A stretch of 64,000 nt of DNA from the NCBI GenBank assembly GCA_002633005.1, contig NMRA01000652.1:145155-209154 (forward strand), in the 5' to 3' direction. Origin of the DNA: Phoronis australis. Lineage: Eukaryota > Animalia > Phoronida. Below, in pieces: positions 1 to 42,523 of the stretch (positions within the stretch are counted from its first letter, which is position 1; the number at the start of each line of letters is the position of its first letter). The notes beneath the pieces were generated by a model, which made no database searches, was not told the origin of the DNA, and saw only the letters and a list, made by a program, of their open reading frames with translations. The translations under genes and the position numbers were made by a program.

Positions 1-250
1 AAGAGGCACCAGGATGTGTCTAGTCACTTGGTACAAATTTGAATGAATCCCCAGAACTCCAGTTCTGAACAAACACATTTTCTATTCATCACATCCACTT
101 TGTCTTAAGCCAATTCTAGAATTACAGTTACTGCAAACAAGCCAGACTCATTTCCTTTAAAAGAACACATCATGGTGTAAATCAATATGTCTATAAAATG
201 CGGGAACATGTCCGTGCTGCTGTAAAGTAAACCACTGCTATCTCCGTCTT

Positions 251-3200
251 CTATGCAGTTGAAATTCCGGGTGCCAAGGTCACGCCAAATTTCTCAGCGA
301 CCTTGACCTGAGCTGATGCAGCGTCGTGAAGTGAGAACAAATGCGCTAATTCAATCTCTGTCTTGGCCAGTTTTATAGCCTTGTTGAAATGTTGTAAAGC
401 CTTCTCAATATCTCCCCTGGAAAAGAAATCAAAGAGTAAGTGAACATATCTTGAATCGCGACTCCCATTGACAGCATGAAGTTAACGTTCCTATATATCT
501 GTTTACAGTAAACCAACTCAGGGCAATTTTCATTGTTCATAGTTTATGATAAAAAATCACATGAATTCATATCAATCATTTCTGTGAATTAATACACCGG
601 TACATGATATAAATGACTGATAAGAGTTATCATCAATGGTTGACATGATTTTTTATGCAAGGTTTATCATCAGTTGTAATTCATGATTTCATATCACTGA
701 GCAATGGTAAATGATCAAGAGATTTTTCATTAATGATGAAATGAATGATGATCATTTATCATCAGCCTGATGTGAATTAATATCAAAATGGCGGTGTAGA
801 TTTAAGCTTGCCATGAACACATGTGAATTCAGCTGCTACAGTGCGTTTCGAGTATCACCCCAAGAACACCAATGCTATTAGTTGCAAAATGTGAACATTA
901 AGACTTCTTGGCTAACATTATTTTGTCTATCTCACAGCGAGAATCCTTATACGGTGTTCTATACGAATACAATACAATTACGTTTAGCCATTCACTTTTT
1001 ATTCTGTTCTTGCAGTGATGCAGTGTCATATTATTTGATGAGCCTACAATGCTGAAGTATTGCTGCAATTATATGGGTAGCCCAATACGTCCAAAATAGC
1101 AAAACAAAGTTCAAGGAAGGCTTGACATGCAAACTGAAGCATATCACATCTATACCATTACTACAAAACAGGCTTGACACCCAAACAGTGTCAGAAGATT
1201 CGAAGAACATTAAGAATCCGCCTGTGTACATGTGCATCAGCCGGCCCCCGGGGGTGATGCCCTATTTATGTCGCCCGTTCAACAAAAATTTTGAACTGTA
1301 CTACCATCAATAATAACTAAGATTATGACAGTCAAACTTACAACTGCGCATACATCATGCATGGAGACGATGACGTTAAAACGTTACATTTTGATAAATC
1401 AATTTTCCTCTGGCAATAGAGCAACCAGTACACAGTTCATGCACTGGAAAGACATGATGTACACTTAACATAATGTACACTTAACATAATGTACACTTAA
1501 CATAATGTATACTTAACATAATGTACACTTAACATAATGTACATTTAACATGATGTACATTTAACATGATGTACACTTTATAACATAATGTAAACTTAAC
1601 ATAATGTACATTTAACATGATGTACATTTAACATAATGTACACTTGACATAATATACATTTAAACTTACATCTGCACTTCCAGAGTTCCAAGCATTTCAT
1701 AGGCAAACTCACACTTGTCGTCCACCTCAATGGCTTTATCAATCATGGACTTGGCAGACTGGAAGTCCTGCTTCCATTGTAACAGCAGGGTGCTGGAGTG
1801 AGAAAAGACAAATAAATTGTAACAGCAGGGTACTGTAGTCATCAAGTAGACAATCTTTGGGGAATACTGACTGTTGATCAAATTAAACATGTCCCATCAC
1901 CTGTTTGCGCATCATGACAACGTAGATTGTCCATTTCACTTAGTACGCTAAAATAAGAAACGTCTGGTAAGGATAATAACATGATTATGGCAAGTCTATT
2001 CAAATTAATTTGTTTAACTTTGAATAAGGTTGGCACAAATAGCTTGAAAAACGACGGCCAAGTTTGTAAAAGGAAATGTATCGTTAGCTTTATTAATGAA
2101 GTCGCTGAGAAGTATTTAGGCTTATTGAATTTACAGTACACCTACCATAAGAGTAGGGAACTGTAGTGACAGAGTGCGACTCACAGCTGACTACCAGTGC
2201 AACTAGGATAATATCAGCATATCTCACCCTTTGTGTACCCAGACATTGGCATTATCGGGCTCCACTTCAAGCGCTTTGTCAAAGTAGCGGTCAGCCGCTT
2301 CAAAGTCGTACTGGTCGCCCTGAGCCTGAAATGGCACACGACATCATGAGATATATAAATGCATGGAACGGGACAAGATCATGCGTTAACAAGGCGTAAG
2401 ATTTTTATTTTACCGCTTTGGTGAATGCAAAGCATCAAGGATTACACAGCAAATGGTATCAATATTCTAGGAAACAATCATGAAAAATATAAAATAAAAC
2501 TAATGTGGTGAACACCTGGAAATCCACTTGTGCTAGTACATCCCAGCCAAACACCTCTCTTGTCAAAGCCCATCAAAAAATAGGTCAAGCCATTTTCAAC
2601 ACAAACAACCAAACTATCAGTACAAATTCCCCATCTCACAACACTGAACTCTATGATCCACAGCTGCGCCTTTAAGTTCCCGCTACAGACCACAGCTCAA
2701 GCCACAGAATCTGAAACCCGGAACTGGAATTGGTCACCATGTAAGGAGCGTTTTTGACATGGGTGTGGAGCTTCGGAACACATGCCTTGAGATTTGTACC
2801 TAGGATTAGGTATCTACGGGTCCAGGACTAGGGTTTCGAGAATCGTAAGTGGAATTAACAAATAATGCAGTCCTTATTCGAGCCACAGAGACAGAGGTAA
2901 AGAAGACATACCCAGAATGCACTTCACTTGGTGCATTCTGGGTATTTCAAATAAGGCCTGCATTATGAGTGAAGTGCATTCTGGGTATTTCAAATAAGGC
3001 CTGCATTATGTTTGTCTTAGGACACGCGTGTTCTCATTATCCATAGCACAGGCACGTTCAGACCCACAGCAGTGTAATCAATCTCCTATTATGTCTTGAT
3101 GTAGAGCTAGCTGAAGAAAACCTGGTACAAGAGGGGTACTAATCGCTGCTAGGTTTTACAAAGTAATATAGAACTGAAAACACACTGCGTCGACAATAGC

Positions 3201-6200
3201 ATCTACAGCAAAGATAATATTGCCAAAGGAGATCATTAACTGTCACCACGCTGGATAATTACGCGTTTTACCAACACACATGAACTGTCTTATTAGTAAG
3301 TGAAGCAAAAACATTCACCACACTAATGACTCTGTGACAGTTACTGTGTCTACTGGGGAGGTGCAGCAGAATTCCAACGTCGTCCAACTTCGAAACATCG
3401 TATATCAGAAATGGATGATCGTATTCTAACGAAACTTTCAGATACCATGCTTTGTGCACTTGTCTCCAAAATGCCCTTGCAAATTATTTTTTAAATGTTC
3501 CAATTTTGTATGAGTGTTATCATAAAAATTAAAATTTTGCATGAAATGATAACGAAATGACAATTTAGAAAACTATAACAGCATATTTGAGATTTCATCT
3601 TGATCATTTATATCAAATGAAATTTGGACTTTTGTTTTCCAATGATTGTATCTTTCCATTTGCAAAACTGTACTGAAAAGACATGGTCATGTGGCCCAAT
3701 TAATGTGAGATGGGTATAAAGATAAAAATAATCAAATTCTACAGGTTTTTTTTTCTTTCAGAAAATATGTATGTTTACTGTCAGAGTAAAAAAACATAAT
3801 TTTGTCTATGAAAGGCTGAATACGCAGGCTTGTTGACAGTGTCCTTCATAATGTTAAAGGGTGCAGTACACCAACAACCTTTTGATTTTGGCCAACTGGT
3901 CTCAACGTTTTCCTCATTGAGATTCCATATAAATTAGCATGACTGAGTATATGTAAATTTAAAGAAACTTCAGTGCAGCTTAATTAAACCATATTCCTCG
4001 ACACCGAGGGAGGTTTATAACAATTTTAAGAGGATGATAACTATTTTGAATATAGTTTTTGGCCAGTTTGACATTCTCTGAAAAATATCTTGAACCTTTT
4101 AGCCAATTATATAAAAACAAACTTAATCAAGTGTGGCGTTATAAACAAGTAGCAAACTGCAAACACTGTGCGTCTGATTGGCAGAATCCCTGGCATCATT
4201 GATTAATTGAAATGACAAGTTGTAGTGTACCGCGCCAGGGACTGAAAATCGAACTTGATAGCTGTGTAATGTTATTTCACGGCAAAGTGAGAGAACACAG
4301 CTAACTCACACCGGCTGCTATATTCATAACTTGACCATTGTGCCAAGGCTTCACTTTGTTATTTTAACTCGATTTAACAGAAATTGTCTAAAAAGCTTCA
4401 AAATCCTTTTTATAGTCATTAAAACATCTGAAATTCAATGAAAAGCCTTCAAAAAATAACACTTACCTTTAAGTAATGCTTACACAAGGATGCCAAATGA
4501 TAGTAAACTTTGAAAATACATGTACATCCTTTTGATTGATTTCTAAAATAAAAACAGCAGCACATCCATACACCAACACAGAGGAACCTCCTAAGCTTCC
4601 TACCTGGCCGTAAAGTACGAAGCCCTCACCACAGCGGGGAAACCTCGCGATTGTCTCTTGGAATGACTTCATGGCTTCCTTCAACTGCGACGGACTCCTA
4701 GTCATCATGGCTGCTCGGTACTCTGCAAGCAGGATCAGCGAGCTGTGTTATAGAATTCCACTCAGACGCACAATACTACGCCATACAATGGAACTGCTTG
4801 AAAATCACGTTGGAAATGCAAAACGAACAGACTGGAATTTTTACAGATCCTCAGAAAGGATTTGAAACCTCTCGAATCAATTCAAGCATAGGAGATACCG
4901 TCGGAGGCCCTTAAGTCGTGAGGGCCCCAAAGTCGTGAACGATCCTATTTCTGCTTCTGCGCGGTCCCGCGACATCTAACATCCAAGTTTCCAGCATTTG
5001 TCTGCTTACGAACGTCAAACGAATACCCGTACGTGTTGATAATCACAATATGATAATAAACAGTGAGTGAGTGGCTTCTTTTTTCAAATGTATCTTACAA
5101 ACAGCATATTTCACAAATCCACTTTTTTGTGCATTTTCAGAATATATTTTTGAAATTATACATCCTTCAGATTTGCCAGGAAAACTGACATTACAGCTGG
5201 ATATATTGGCCAGCACGAGTGACAGCTACAATAATGTGGTTGTTCCTAGCTTGGACACTAGTTGAAGTTACTGCTACAAGAGTCAAGGAAGTTTGTGACT
5301 TCAAGGTCGTTTCTTCTACTCACCTGTGTAGCACTTTTGCACGTGTGCCACGGCGAAGTTCTCGTTTAGTGTGGCACTCTTCTCAAAATCTTTCAACGCA
5401 TCGTCCACACGCTCAAGCAGTAGATTGATCTGGAAAAGGGGCAGCATCACAACTCATCACTTGACCACTGATCCTTCTGTCCTCTGATTGGCTAAGCTGC
5501 CGTGCGATAACTTCCGTAATGAGCTTAAGTGGACCAGTTAGCCATGGAGTATTCTTTTCATACATGCCACCCAGATGTCAGATTTCCCTATTTATAATCT
5601 GACCAATTACAGGCTGCAAAAACCACAAACCCGTAACTGCAAGCTGATGATGTCAGTGCACCAAAGCAAACAACGAAAACAGAGAAAAGAAGCATTAGTG
5701 GCCGTATAACAAATAAATTTTGGCTGATCTTGGGCAAAACTTTTCATGTGGACCTCAGATGAGCAATGTTTTCGAATGGGTGTATTTAGGCTTTGTTATA
5801 CGTCAAATGAACTGCAACTGAACAGCCAATAACAGCTTACCTGACCACGGTGATGATAGATGTCGGAATTTTCTGGATCTACAAGTGCCGCTGCATCAAA
5901 ATCTTCTAACGAGCCTGTCTGATCGCCCTCCTGGATTTTTAGGCTGCCCCGTTTAATGAGTGCATTAGATTTTACCTGAAACAGTATTTTGGACACTGCT
6001 AACGACCCACAATCAACCATAGACCCTTAGTATTCAGCGCGAAGTTCCAACAAGTTAAACAGGCTAATGTAAAATTTGTACCAAGATGTAAAACAGCGGA
6101 AACTCACTTGTGACTTACAGGCACGAATATCTTAGCAAGACGATCGGAAATTAAAACAGTATAAAAGCTTAAGTTGTATAACCCAGCTGTGTAAGCCATC

Positions 6201-9200
6201 CCAACTTGTAGACATCAGAAATTGACCACTTTTGATTAAAAACATTTATCGGATAAATACATAGGATGGGCGGTGTTTGGAAACTGATACATGTTGAGAA
6301 ATACAATGAGCGTTTTGCACAAACAGTTGTTATGACCAATATATCGGTATAAGAACATTCTATTTGGTTCACCACAAACAGAATAGATTACAGAAATGGT
6401 TATAATTTCTGAGCACAACTTTCGTATGATAATCATGATTTGTTAATGTTTTTTCATGCGCAATAAATTTAAATCAAGATTATTGGATGAGAAGGGACCA
6501 CGTGAGTGCTTTATCGAAAATAAAAAATACTGAGAGAACACGTTGAAATAACCGCATACCCGCTTATCCAAATCTGGCAACTCTAATAATGTGTTGAAGT
6601 CTTCCATGGCCTTGTAGCCCAAACCTAAGAATATGTAGAATGTCCCCCGAAGTAAGTAAGCCTCGGCAACAAATGGACTATTCTCCGTCTCAATTTCCTT
6701 CGTGCAGTAGTCCACAATGTCTCCATACTGTTGGCTGGTCACCATCTGCCTAGCCGTGATGTAAGGCCTGCAAATATACGTAACACAGCACTGCAAGGTG
6801 GTAATACTCGGTGCCCTGGGGAGCTAGATTGACGAGAAAGATATAGGAGAAAACTGAATACAAGTCCGAGCGCATACTCCGAAGATGACATTTTCATGAT
6901 GAGAAAGTGATTTTGTTCCTATACAGCAAAACTAAAGTGACACAATCCTGCGTTATCAAAACAAGGATGTTCTTAAAATCTGTCCACAGTCACATTGAAG
7001 ACATACCCTGCAGGTTTCTTGACTCCGCCGGACCGGTTGTCCTTCTCTGGACTTTCGTCCCTGTATTTTTCCGACTCGTCAACTTTTTCGGCGTCGTGGT
7101 TCTCCTTGTCACCATTTTCCACAACCTTTTCCTGATCCTTCTCAATGATGACTTCGGTGGACGATTCCTGCGTGTCTTCACGCTCGTCTATAGACCTGTT
7201 CATGATCGGATCATTGGCAAAGGAGCCGAAGTAGGAACGGACAAAATAGTTTGACGGCAGCATCGGAGAGCGGTTCTGAAACAGGACAAACGCAGACACT
7301 CATTTATGAAGATCGGAACACTTTTTATCAGAATGTTACACCAAAGTTGTAATGGGGGAATTTTCTGCTAAGTAAATTCTGAGAAAAAATAACTTGACTT
7401 GAAGGAGATTACTTCGAACAACAAAGTAACCAAGTCAGTAATTCCTGTCTTGTTTCCGATAAAAATAACTCGACAAAACTGATTTTTTTTTCTATTTTGA
7501 AATGCACTGTTCCATCAGAAAACTAAAGCAGTTATGAACCCACCTTCTGTCACAACAAAATAAATTTTGATCTAGACCACTCATTGTTATGAAAGTAGTG
7601 TCAAAATGATCCAAGTCAATGTGATTCCAGGGGTCCAAAAGAATTGAGAGTTCAAACATAAAAGACAAGGCTATGAAGGTTGGGTTTGTCACGGCGCATC
7701 ATTTCATATGCCAAGCATAGCCTCAAGGAATACCCAACTGCCATTTTTTGCAAACCTATAAATCACTTTTTATTTGAGTAAGGAACAAGTTGAGAACAAT
7801 TGTATGGCAGTAAATGGTTTAAATCAGAACTCTGCTTCTTGGATGGAATGCGGGCTAGTAGATACATTAAAGGTGTATTAGCATGCTCTAATGTATAGCA
7901 GGAACTAAACGACAATGCAGTTTTTAACATAATCTATGCTAAACAAAGAGCAGTCATATTGATTGACAATTTGTAAATGTGAAATAAAAAATTCTGCAAA
8001 TAAGTGACCTTTGCCCTAATGACCCATTTTGCGGGATCACATAGCCTGCATCATGCGCTGCTATTCCCCAGCACCACGTCACGATACTTATTGGACACAG
8101 TTAAGTGATTTGCGGCAGATTATTTTCGCCACAAAACTCATTCTTAAAAACATTTAGCAATTTTCAACCTACTTCATACTCTCATTGTCGCCATATGTTG
8201 CGTTTCAAACAAATTTGGCCAAGCAATCAGAGATAAGGAATTAGTGTGCATGTTTCACAACTTACATTATCGCCCACTTTACAATTGGTCTCAACAGGCA
8301 GGTTTATAGGTACTTGCAAACTTTTATAGATTAAAAACTGTAGATTACGAAGACAAAAATGTCAATGTTTTAAATTTCTACTGAAAACCAACAGTGTTGA
8401 AGCAGTGTCTTCATTACATACTGTCAATCTCCTCTCACACCAATCTCTATCCCTAGCACCCCCCCCCCCCAGAGAGGCTGCCTTCAACACATACTGCCAA
8501 ATCCCCTCTCACACCAGCCTCCATCCCCAATTCCCCTAGAGAAGCTGTCTTCAGTACATGCTGCCAAATTCCCTCTCACACCAGCCTCCATCCCCAATTC
8601 CCCTAGAGAGACTGTCTTCAGTACATGCTGCCAAATTCCCTCTCACACCAGCCTCCAAACTTAGCCCCCTAGAGAGGCTGCCTTTAATAAGTACTTTCAA
8701 TCTCCTCTCACACCAGCCTCCAACCCTAACCCTCTGGAGCAGCTGCTTACCTTGTACTCGACCTGTGACCGCTTCTTTCCCAAAGCCTTGAGCACACGAT
8801 CAGCCATCACCAGACTTCCTTGGTTTTGGAACCCTTCCAGTATACATACTGCTGTTACGTCTGCAACGAATGAGTAGAAAATTCGCTGACAATAACGAAG
8901 CAAGCAGGAACTGAGAATGCATTAGCAAGTAGCGTATAGACAATATAACTTGGAATTTCTCCATCATAACAGCTGGGTAGAAGCCCAATTCATCTACTGA
9001 GCAGTCTTCTCTCATGACGGAGAATGAAGGGGCATCAACAACAAAGGTGGCTAAGCTATCAAGCCATTAAAATTTTGCTGCCCTCATAATTATTACATGT
9101 AATCTTTGCTGTTAACAGAACAAGCCGTCATGTTGGAGAAATGGTATTTTGTTCGATTACTTTTGTCTAGTCCTGTAGTTTCACAATGAAACAAAGCGAT

Positions 9201-12200
9201 AACTGATGGTAACTCATCAATGTTCACCATCTCCGTCTTACTTCACATTTTCTCTCTGTAACCCTACCCCCCCTGCCCCTGTCCCCTGTCCTCTCCCCAG
9301 ACTCCTAAAGTACACACCAAAAGTATGTGGACGAACCCTACTTCTCCATCATTACGACTAATATCAGTGCTGCCACTCACCGAAATTGAGAAAAGTATTC
9401 ACACCATAAACTTATGATGTCTATGATCCACACATTCTCGTCAAAAAGTATAATTTTGCCGTAAAAAAGTACAAAAAGGGATAATTTATCGAACTTACCA
9501 TTCAACTATTTTAAGAATTCAGCACAAATTACATACTAATGCAGTGTTTTAATACATTTTGGTTGCCATGACTCAGACAGTTAATACTGTGACAGGCACT
9601 GGCACTCGTCAAAGACTGACTACGCCCATAGATATTTCTGAAAACCCACTACAGGACTGTGTTGATCAGCTGTGCTAATGAATGGAGCACCCAAACAAGT
9701 ACGCAAAAAGTGTAAAATATGATCTCCACAAAAAAGGTTTAAGGATGTATTTGCGTGCTCCTAACTATACCAATGTGTAGCAGGAACTAAACGACATGCT
9801 ATTTGAACATCATCTACGCTAAACAAAGTGCAGTTGCATTCACTGATAAATGTGGCAATTTTGAACCTACTTCATATTCACATCGTTGCTATATCTTGTG
9901 TTTCTAACTAATTTGAGCAAGCAATCACAGAAATAAGGATGAATTAGCATACAAGTTCCACTCATATTCTTTCAAAAAAGTACAAAGAGGCAGCACTGTA
10001 TAGCCTTTACAGATAAAATAATAATAATAATAATATAACAATGACCGACAATGAACTGTCGTTAAAACACATTTCTAACGACGGAAAAGCATTTCCACCA
10101 CTCTAACTTTCCGGTAATTTCCATTTCACTGACATACATGATGGAAAGTCAACGAATTCCTCTCGTGACCAGCCATCACGACAGGAAATCTGGATAGTAT
10201 TGTCTGAATACTTTTGGCATGTACTGTGATTCTCGACAGGCTAATTATTGTATACAAATCAACATTCCCACCTTCCAAACTCTCCGCCAAGTTTCCTTGA
10301 TGTTCTAAAGCCCGAGCTCTTCTGTGTATTGCCTTGATATATTTCTTATTGTAATCTAATGCTTTGCTACAGTCTTGTATGACTTCTGCGTAATTTTTCT
10401 GAAATAACGATGGTGAAATTAGCGGAAAGGACATTAGTGCTCATTTAAAAATTCTTGAATAAAAAGTTAAAGCAACACACTTAACGTGATTATAAACCTG
10501 CTTTCCATCACTTTTATGATACACAATTGGTTTCAAATTGTTCCTCATTTAGATACTAGGTGACGTCAAGACTTTGAAATAATTTGAGACTAAGCTCTAC
10601 AAGGGATTCAATCACTTCCCATCCGAGTTACTTGGAGTAACGAATAATTTGAGACCAGTTTTATAGTGGTAACTAGTCTAAGTCAAAATTTTGTATACTC
10701 GGACGAAATGCGGGTTCATAGATGCCTTAAGCAATTTTCAAGCAATTTTCAATTCGGACAACGTAAGCAATACTATTCAACAAGTAACAATAAGAATAGA
10801 AATTGAATTGACATTGAAAAATGACTTCAACTTAAAAATCGTGATAGCAAATTAGCCCAGTTGGTTGCACTGATCCTCACAAGTGTTCAATTCCGTGTAG
10901 TGTTGTAGCCCAAATTTAGAATCGCACGGTTGTCACACAACACTGCTTGACTAGTAACTCTGCAAATAACGTCAAATGAAATAATCAAGTAAATCTCCAT
11001 TACCAATTGTTCATAGGCTGCGGCGCGATTTTGGTAGAAAGTAGCAATTTCCACAGCATGCTCCTCCGGGCAGACGCTTATGGCTTCGCTGTAACAGCTT
11101 ATCGCCTTGTCGTACAAGCCGCCTTTGAAGAACTTGTTTCCCTTATTTTTGATGTTCTGTGCAGCTTGTAGTTCTGTCTAAAAATACATAATGCCAAAAA
11201 AGCAACTATCAACAAAAAAGAAAAAAACAGTAACATTCAACATATCCGACTCTTTTCTACTCGTAGTCTGCAGTAACAAATTGTTCATCAGTGAGTCTCA
11301 CTTGGCAAACAGAAGTGTGTCCATGACCAGCACCTCACAACTACACGCGTCTGAAAGTACACCTCTGCTGACAATATTAAAGAGATTGTGTTTATATTTT
11401 CATTTATATACAGTTCTGCTTCAAATCCACACTTTTCCATGTTAGAGGATCTCCGTAATTGTCTGCTTCCAACTTCCAAATCCTGTTTTCTAATGAAGGA
11501 AGATATGGCATATGTTCATTTGTGTGTGCAAGCCAGGCATGTCGTAGAGGTGGTGTTCATACGAGACTCCAATTGTCTCAAAAACGGGTACATACTGGGA
11601 CAACATGACTCATGCACTCAAAATACAGGTTTGCTACACAAAAAGGACGTGTGTTTGTGTGTCAGTAAGTTGTGTTTAAAAGTCTGAGACCTGGGTTGCT
11701 CATGTATGGCGACCAGAAAATCATTCACTAGGCCAAAGTTTTACATGCATAAAAAGGCAAATTACTTGAATTGAGAAGTGTGTACCAAAAAATCGACACC
11801 CCTAGCCCACAATCCGTAACCTCCAAATCCATACTTCGGGATGTTATTGTTATTTGATCCCATAGTTTAAACGAAAACAAAAATTATTTTCGATAAAATA
11901 TAATGAGCATTTCCTCTTCATATTCACAATTTTTGAAGATGTAAACTACGCAATCATCTGGCTCTATACTTTACGAACCGCATTCAAAAAGTAAGATTTA
12001 TCATATGTGTGATTCAATAAGAGGACCGCACAACAGAAGTGAGATCAGAAAATGCTTACGCACTATTATTAGTATCTGTCTCACCAACATAGCAACCATT
12101 ATCTTCAAACTGTTTGGAGTCAGAACTGATGGCATTGGCCAGTATCTGTCTAGTAACAACATAGTCCAAGCTACGATGCCACACCCAACCATCCCTATGG

Positions 12201-13379
12201 TAACTGTATATCGGAAGCTTTACATTAATATGCTAAAACTATCAAAACCACCTTTAATTGCTATATAAATAACTTTCAAGTATAGGGGAATATCTCTTAA
12301 GTCCTTCCCACTCGAAAAGATACTCCAGCAATAGGTTCCTTCAGTCACTAACAAAATTGGCAAGTGATAGCTAGGGGCAGTATTAGTCCCTATGTCACAC
12401 TCGGAAGGTTCCGGAAATCACAATACCTGTCGAAGTCTCGTAAAGTTCACAACCTCACCACTACATGATACCTTTCTCATTAGCTAGCTACTTTCTTGGC
12501 TACTGCCCGATCTTTGATATGAGTTATACATACATGGTCAATGAATGACCCCAATCGAGGATTGGGCAGTAGCCAATCACAGGGTAACTATCATGACAAG
12601 AGCACCACCTAGAGGCGAGATTATGACCCTCGAAAGACTTCAAAGATGTAATTACAGCTAAATAGAAAACAGTCCATGTCCCTTTATTACACATGTGGTC
12701 AGTGTATAGAGTTATGTCCAAAAAGATTGAAATAAGCGCGCCTATGGCTATACTTATTCTTCTATAGGCATGGGGCAGGCATTGTTAGACGGCACTGGTT
12801 GGATATAGCGGGTCTTTGATTTAAAGAACCAGTTTTGTTCACTGAATCAGGTGTTCTTTATTTTGTGATTGCGTGGTTCTCTAAATCAATGACCACTATA
12901 TCTGGCCAGTGCCATGGTGGACCAACTATTATAAGATTGGGTGGAGTTGAACGGATTGGAATATCATTTCTAAAGACGACACCAGAACGAAACCCTTCCG
13001 GCTCAGCTGTACTCTATACGCGGAAGGTATTTATATATCAGGGGTGTAACGATTAGGGTTAACTGATTTATAAACTTCTAGCGCGCGAAGGACCTAAAGA
13101 CGCCAAGACGAAAAGCGACAGGGAGTCAAACTCAAAGGCGTTATAAGTCGACCAGTGCCTTCAGCTCATCGACCGGGAGGTTACCTCCTGTGACAGCGTG
13201 TTTTCCTTAGTGATTTTTGGCGTAGTGGATGAAAGTTCGTCATCGTTTGTCTTTTTTTCCTCTCCTTGTTTACACTTATAGTACCACGCGGCTCCAATTC
13301 CTACAGCAGCAACCCCTCCGAGAGCAAGAGCAACTTTCCATTTCGGGAAACTCTGCACGTTACTCTCACTGTTCGCCAT
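251..13379 (-). CDS. TOMM70: Mitochondrial import receptor TOM70 (TPR protein), 12 coding exons, about 609 aa
   Basis: Exons in transcription order: 13185-13379, 11004-11177, 10272-10398, 8751-8860, 7007-7275, 6560-6767, 5841-5975, 5324-5429, 4604-4722, 2228-2325, 1670-1792, 251-416. All introns are GT-AG with matching phases; total 1830 nt including TAG. Motifs: N-terminal signal anchor (WKVALALGGVAAVGIGAAWYY), TPR clamp (KNKGNKFFK..YDKAISCYSEAI..FYQNRAAAYEQL), DVTAVCILEGFQN, DIYHHRGQ, CEFAYEMLGTLEVQ. The C-terminus is ..FGVTLAPGISTA*. Confidence 0.95.
1451..1663. repeat. 16-bp minisatellite (AACATAATGTACACTT-like, about 13 copies) in the last TOMM70 intron
   Basis: Tandem units are directly visible and start just after the exon 11 donor. 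Confidence 0.9.
2861..3010. repeat. Palindromic/duplicated element (MITE-like remnant)
   Basis: Hairpin CCCAGAATGCAC-n8-GTGCATTCTGGG, a direct duplication of GTGCATTCTGGGTATTTCAAATAAGGCCTGCATTATG, and an inverted partial copy near 2861. Confidence 0.6.
7868..8260. repeat. Dispersed repeat, copy 1 (second copy at about 9740-9960)
   Basis: Shared blocks AATGT.TAGCAGGAACTAAACGAC..CTA.GCTAAACAAAG.GCAG and GCAATTTT.AACCTACTTCATA in two TOMM70 introns. Confidence 0.65.
8400..8745. repeat. About 66-bp minisatellite, about 5 copies, next to the TOMM70 exon 4 donor
   Basis: CTCTCACACCA core at about 8432, 8506, 8573, 8640 and 8705. Confidence 0.85.
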
Positions 13380-13491
13380 CTTCCGGGAATATCCTCACAC
13401 GGCACTTTGGAGAGGAGTTCAATGACGTCATTTTTGATTGACACTAGCACGTGATCACGCAGGATTCAGCTTTGGCTCCTCCTCTAGCAAG
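13380..13491. promoter_or_regulatory. Compact bidirectional promoter shared by TOMM70 and the Na+/K+-ATPase alpha gene
   Basis: 112 bp between divergent ATGs. It contains a perfect CRE TGACGTCA (13423-13430), an E-box CACGTG (13448-13453) and an ETS/GABP-like CTTCCGG (13380-13386). Both ATGs sit in AAGATGGCG (YY1/TISU-like). Confidence 0.75.
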
Positions 13492-41578
<28,087 letters not shown>

Positions 41579-42517
41579 CGACGCCTCACCTTGCTCCCAT
41601 CTGGCTCCCACCGTTTCCTTCCTCCTCGGGACGCCCCCCTCTCAGGAATTTTCCCGGACTAAGACTTTGAGCGGGGAGCAGCTGATGGGGGCTTAGCACA
41701 CACCGAGGTAGCATTTTAGTAGGTCAATACTTGTATAGTACACGCGGCACACATCTCTGTGAAAGGTGTAGACATGCATTTTATCCCATGCCCCTTTAAT
41801 TGAGCGACTTGATTGATTAGGTAATATTTAGTGATAATAATTATAATATCAGTAATTTTATGGGTTGTGCAGCCTGTGTTCAGTTTTTCATACTATGACG
41901 TTGTATTGATATTATTGTTATTATCGTTTACTGACTGCATTTTTACTAATAGCCTGGGCGCTACTACTATAAACCTGGTCTCTGTTCAGTTTTGTCTAGT
42001 AGTCAGGCATGTACCCTAAGCTAACATGCTGTGACACTGGCGACAGATTTTGTAGCTGCTTACTGAGTAGTTCAAACGCAAATTTTCAATTAAATGTCCC
42101 TAAGCTATTCAAAAGGTAGGAGGTTGATTCAGTTGATTTTGACATTGTTGTCTAAAATATAGCTGCTAGTGGAGCAAGTAAATACTCTCTATTTGTATTG
42201 AATAGCTGTGTATAGTTTTAATGACAGTTTGTAATGTAATCGAGCAAGTCAGTGTATAGTAGTACCTAGCGCACTGTTTTGGTGTCTAGAGATTCTTTGT
42301 GTACATTCCACCGTTGTTCTATTAGGTTCTACACGCTAAACTTTTTCGTAGAACCTCTAGTGTCTGACGCTGTGCCAACTGGTCGTGCGCGTCGTGCGGT
42401 CGTAGGTATCCAAGGAAAGTGTGATTTTTGGTTTTCTCGGGTCAAATTAGTTGTGCACACAATATATTGCAAAAGGGAGTGAGTTTGAAAATTGTTGAAC
42501 CCAACCATGGATCGTAA

Positions 42518-42523
42518 AATAAA
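42518..42523 (+). terminator. Candidate ATP1A polyadenylation signal (second candidate at 43053-43058)
   Basis: AATAAA about 940 nt after the stop codon, followed by a T/GT-rich tract. Confidence 0.5.

Noticed and set aside
3854-4472. Possible TTAA-flanked non-autonomous transposon in a TOMM70 intron
   Set aside because: Terminal similarity is too short to support without other copies.
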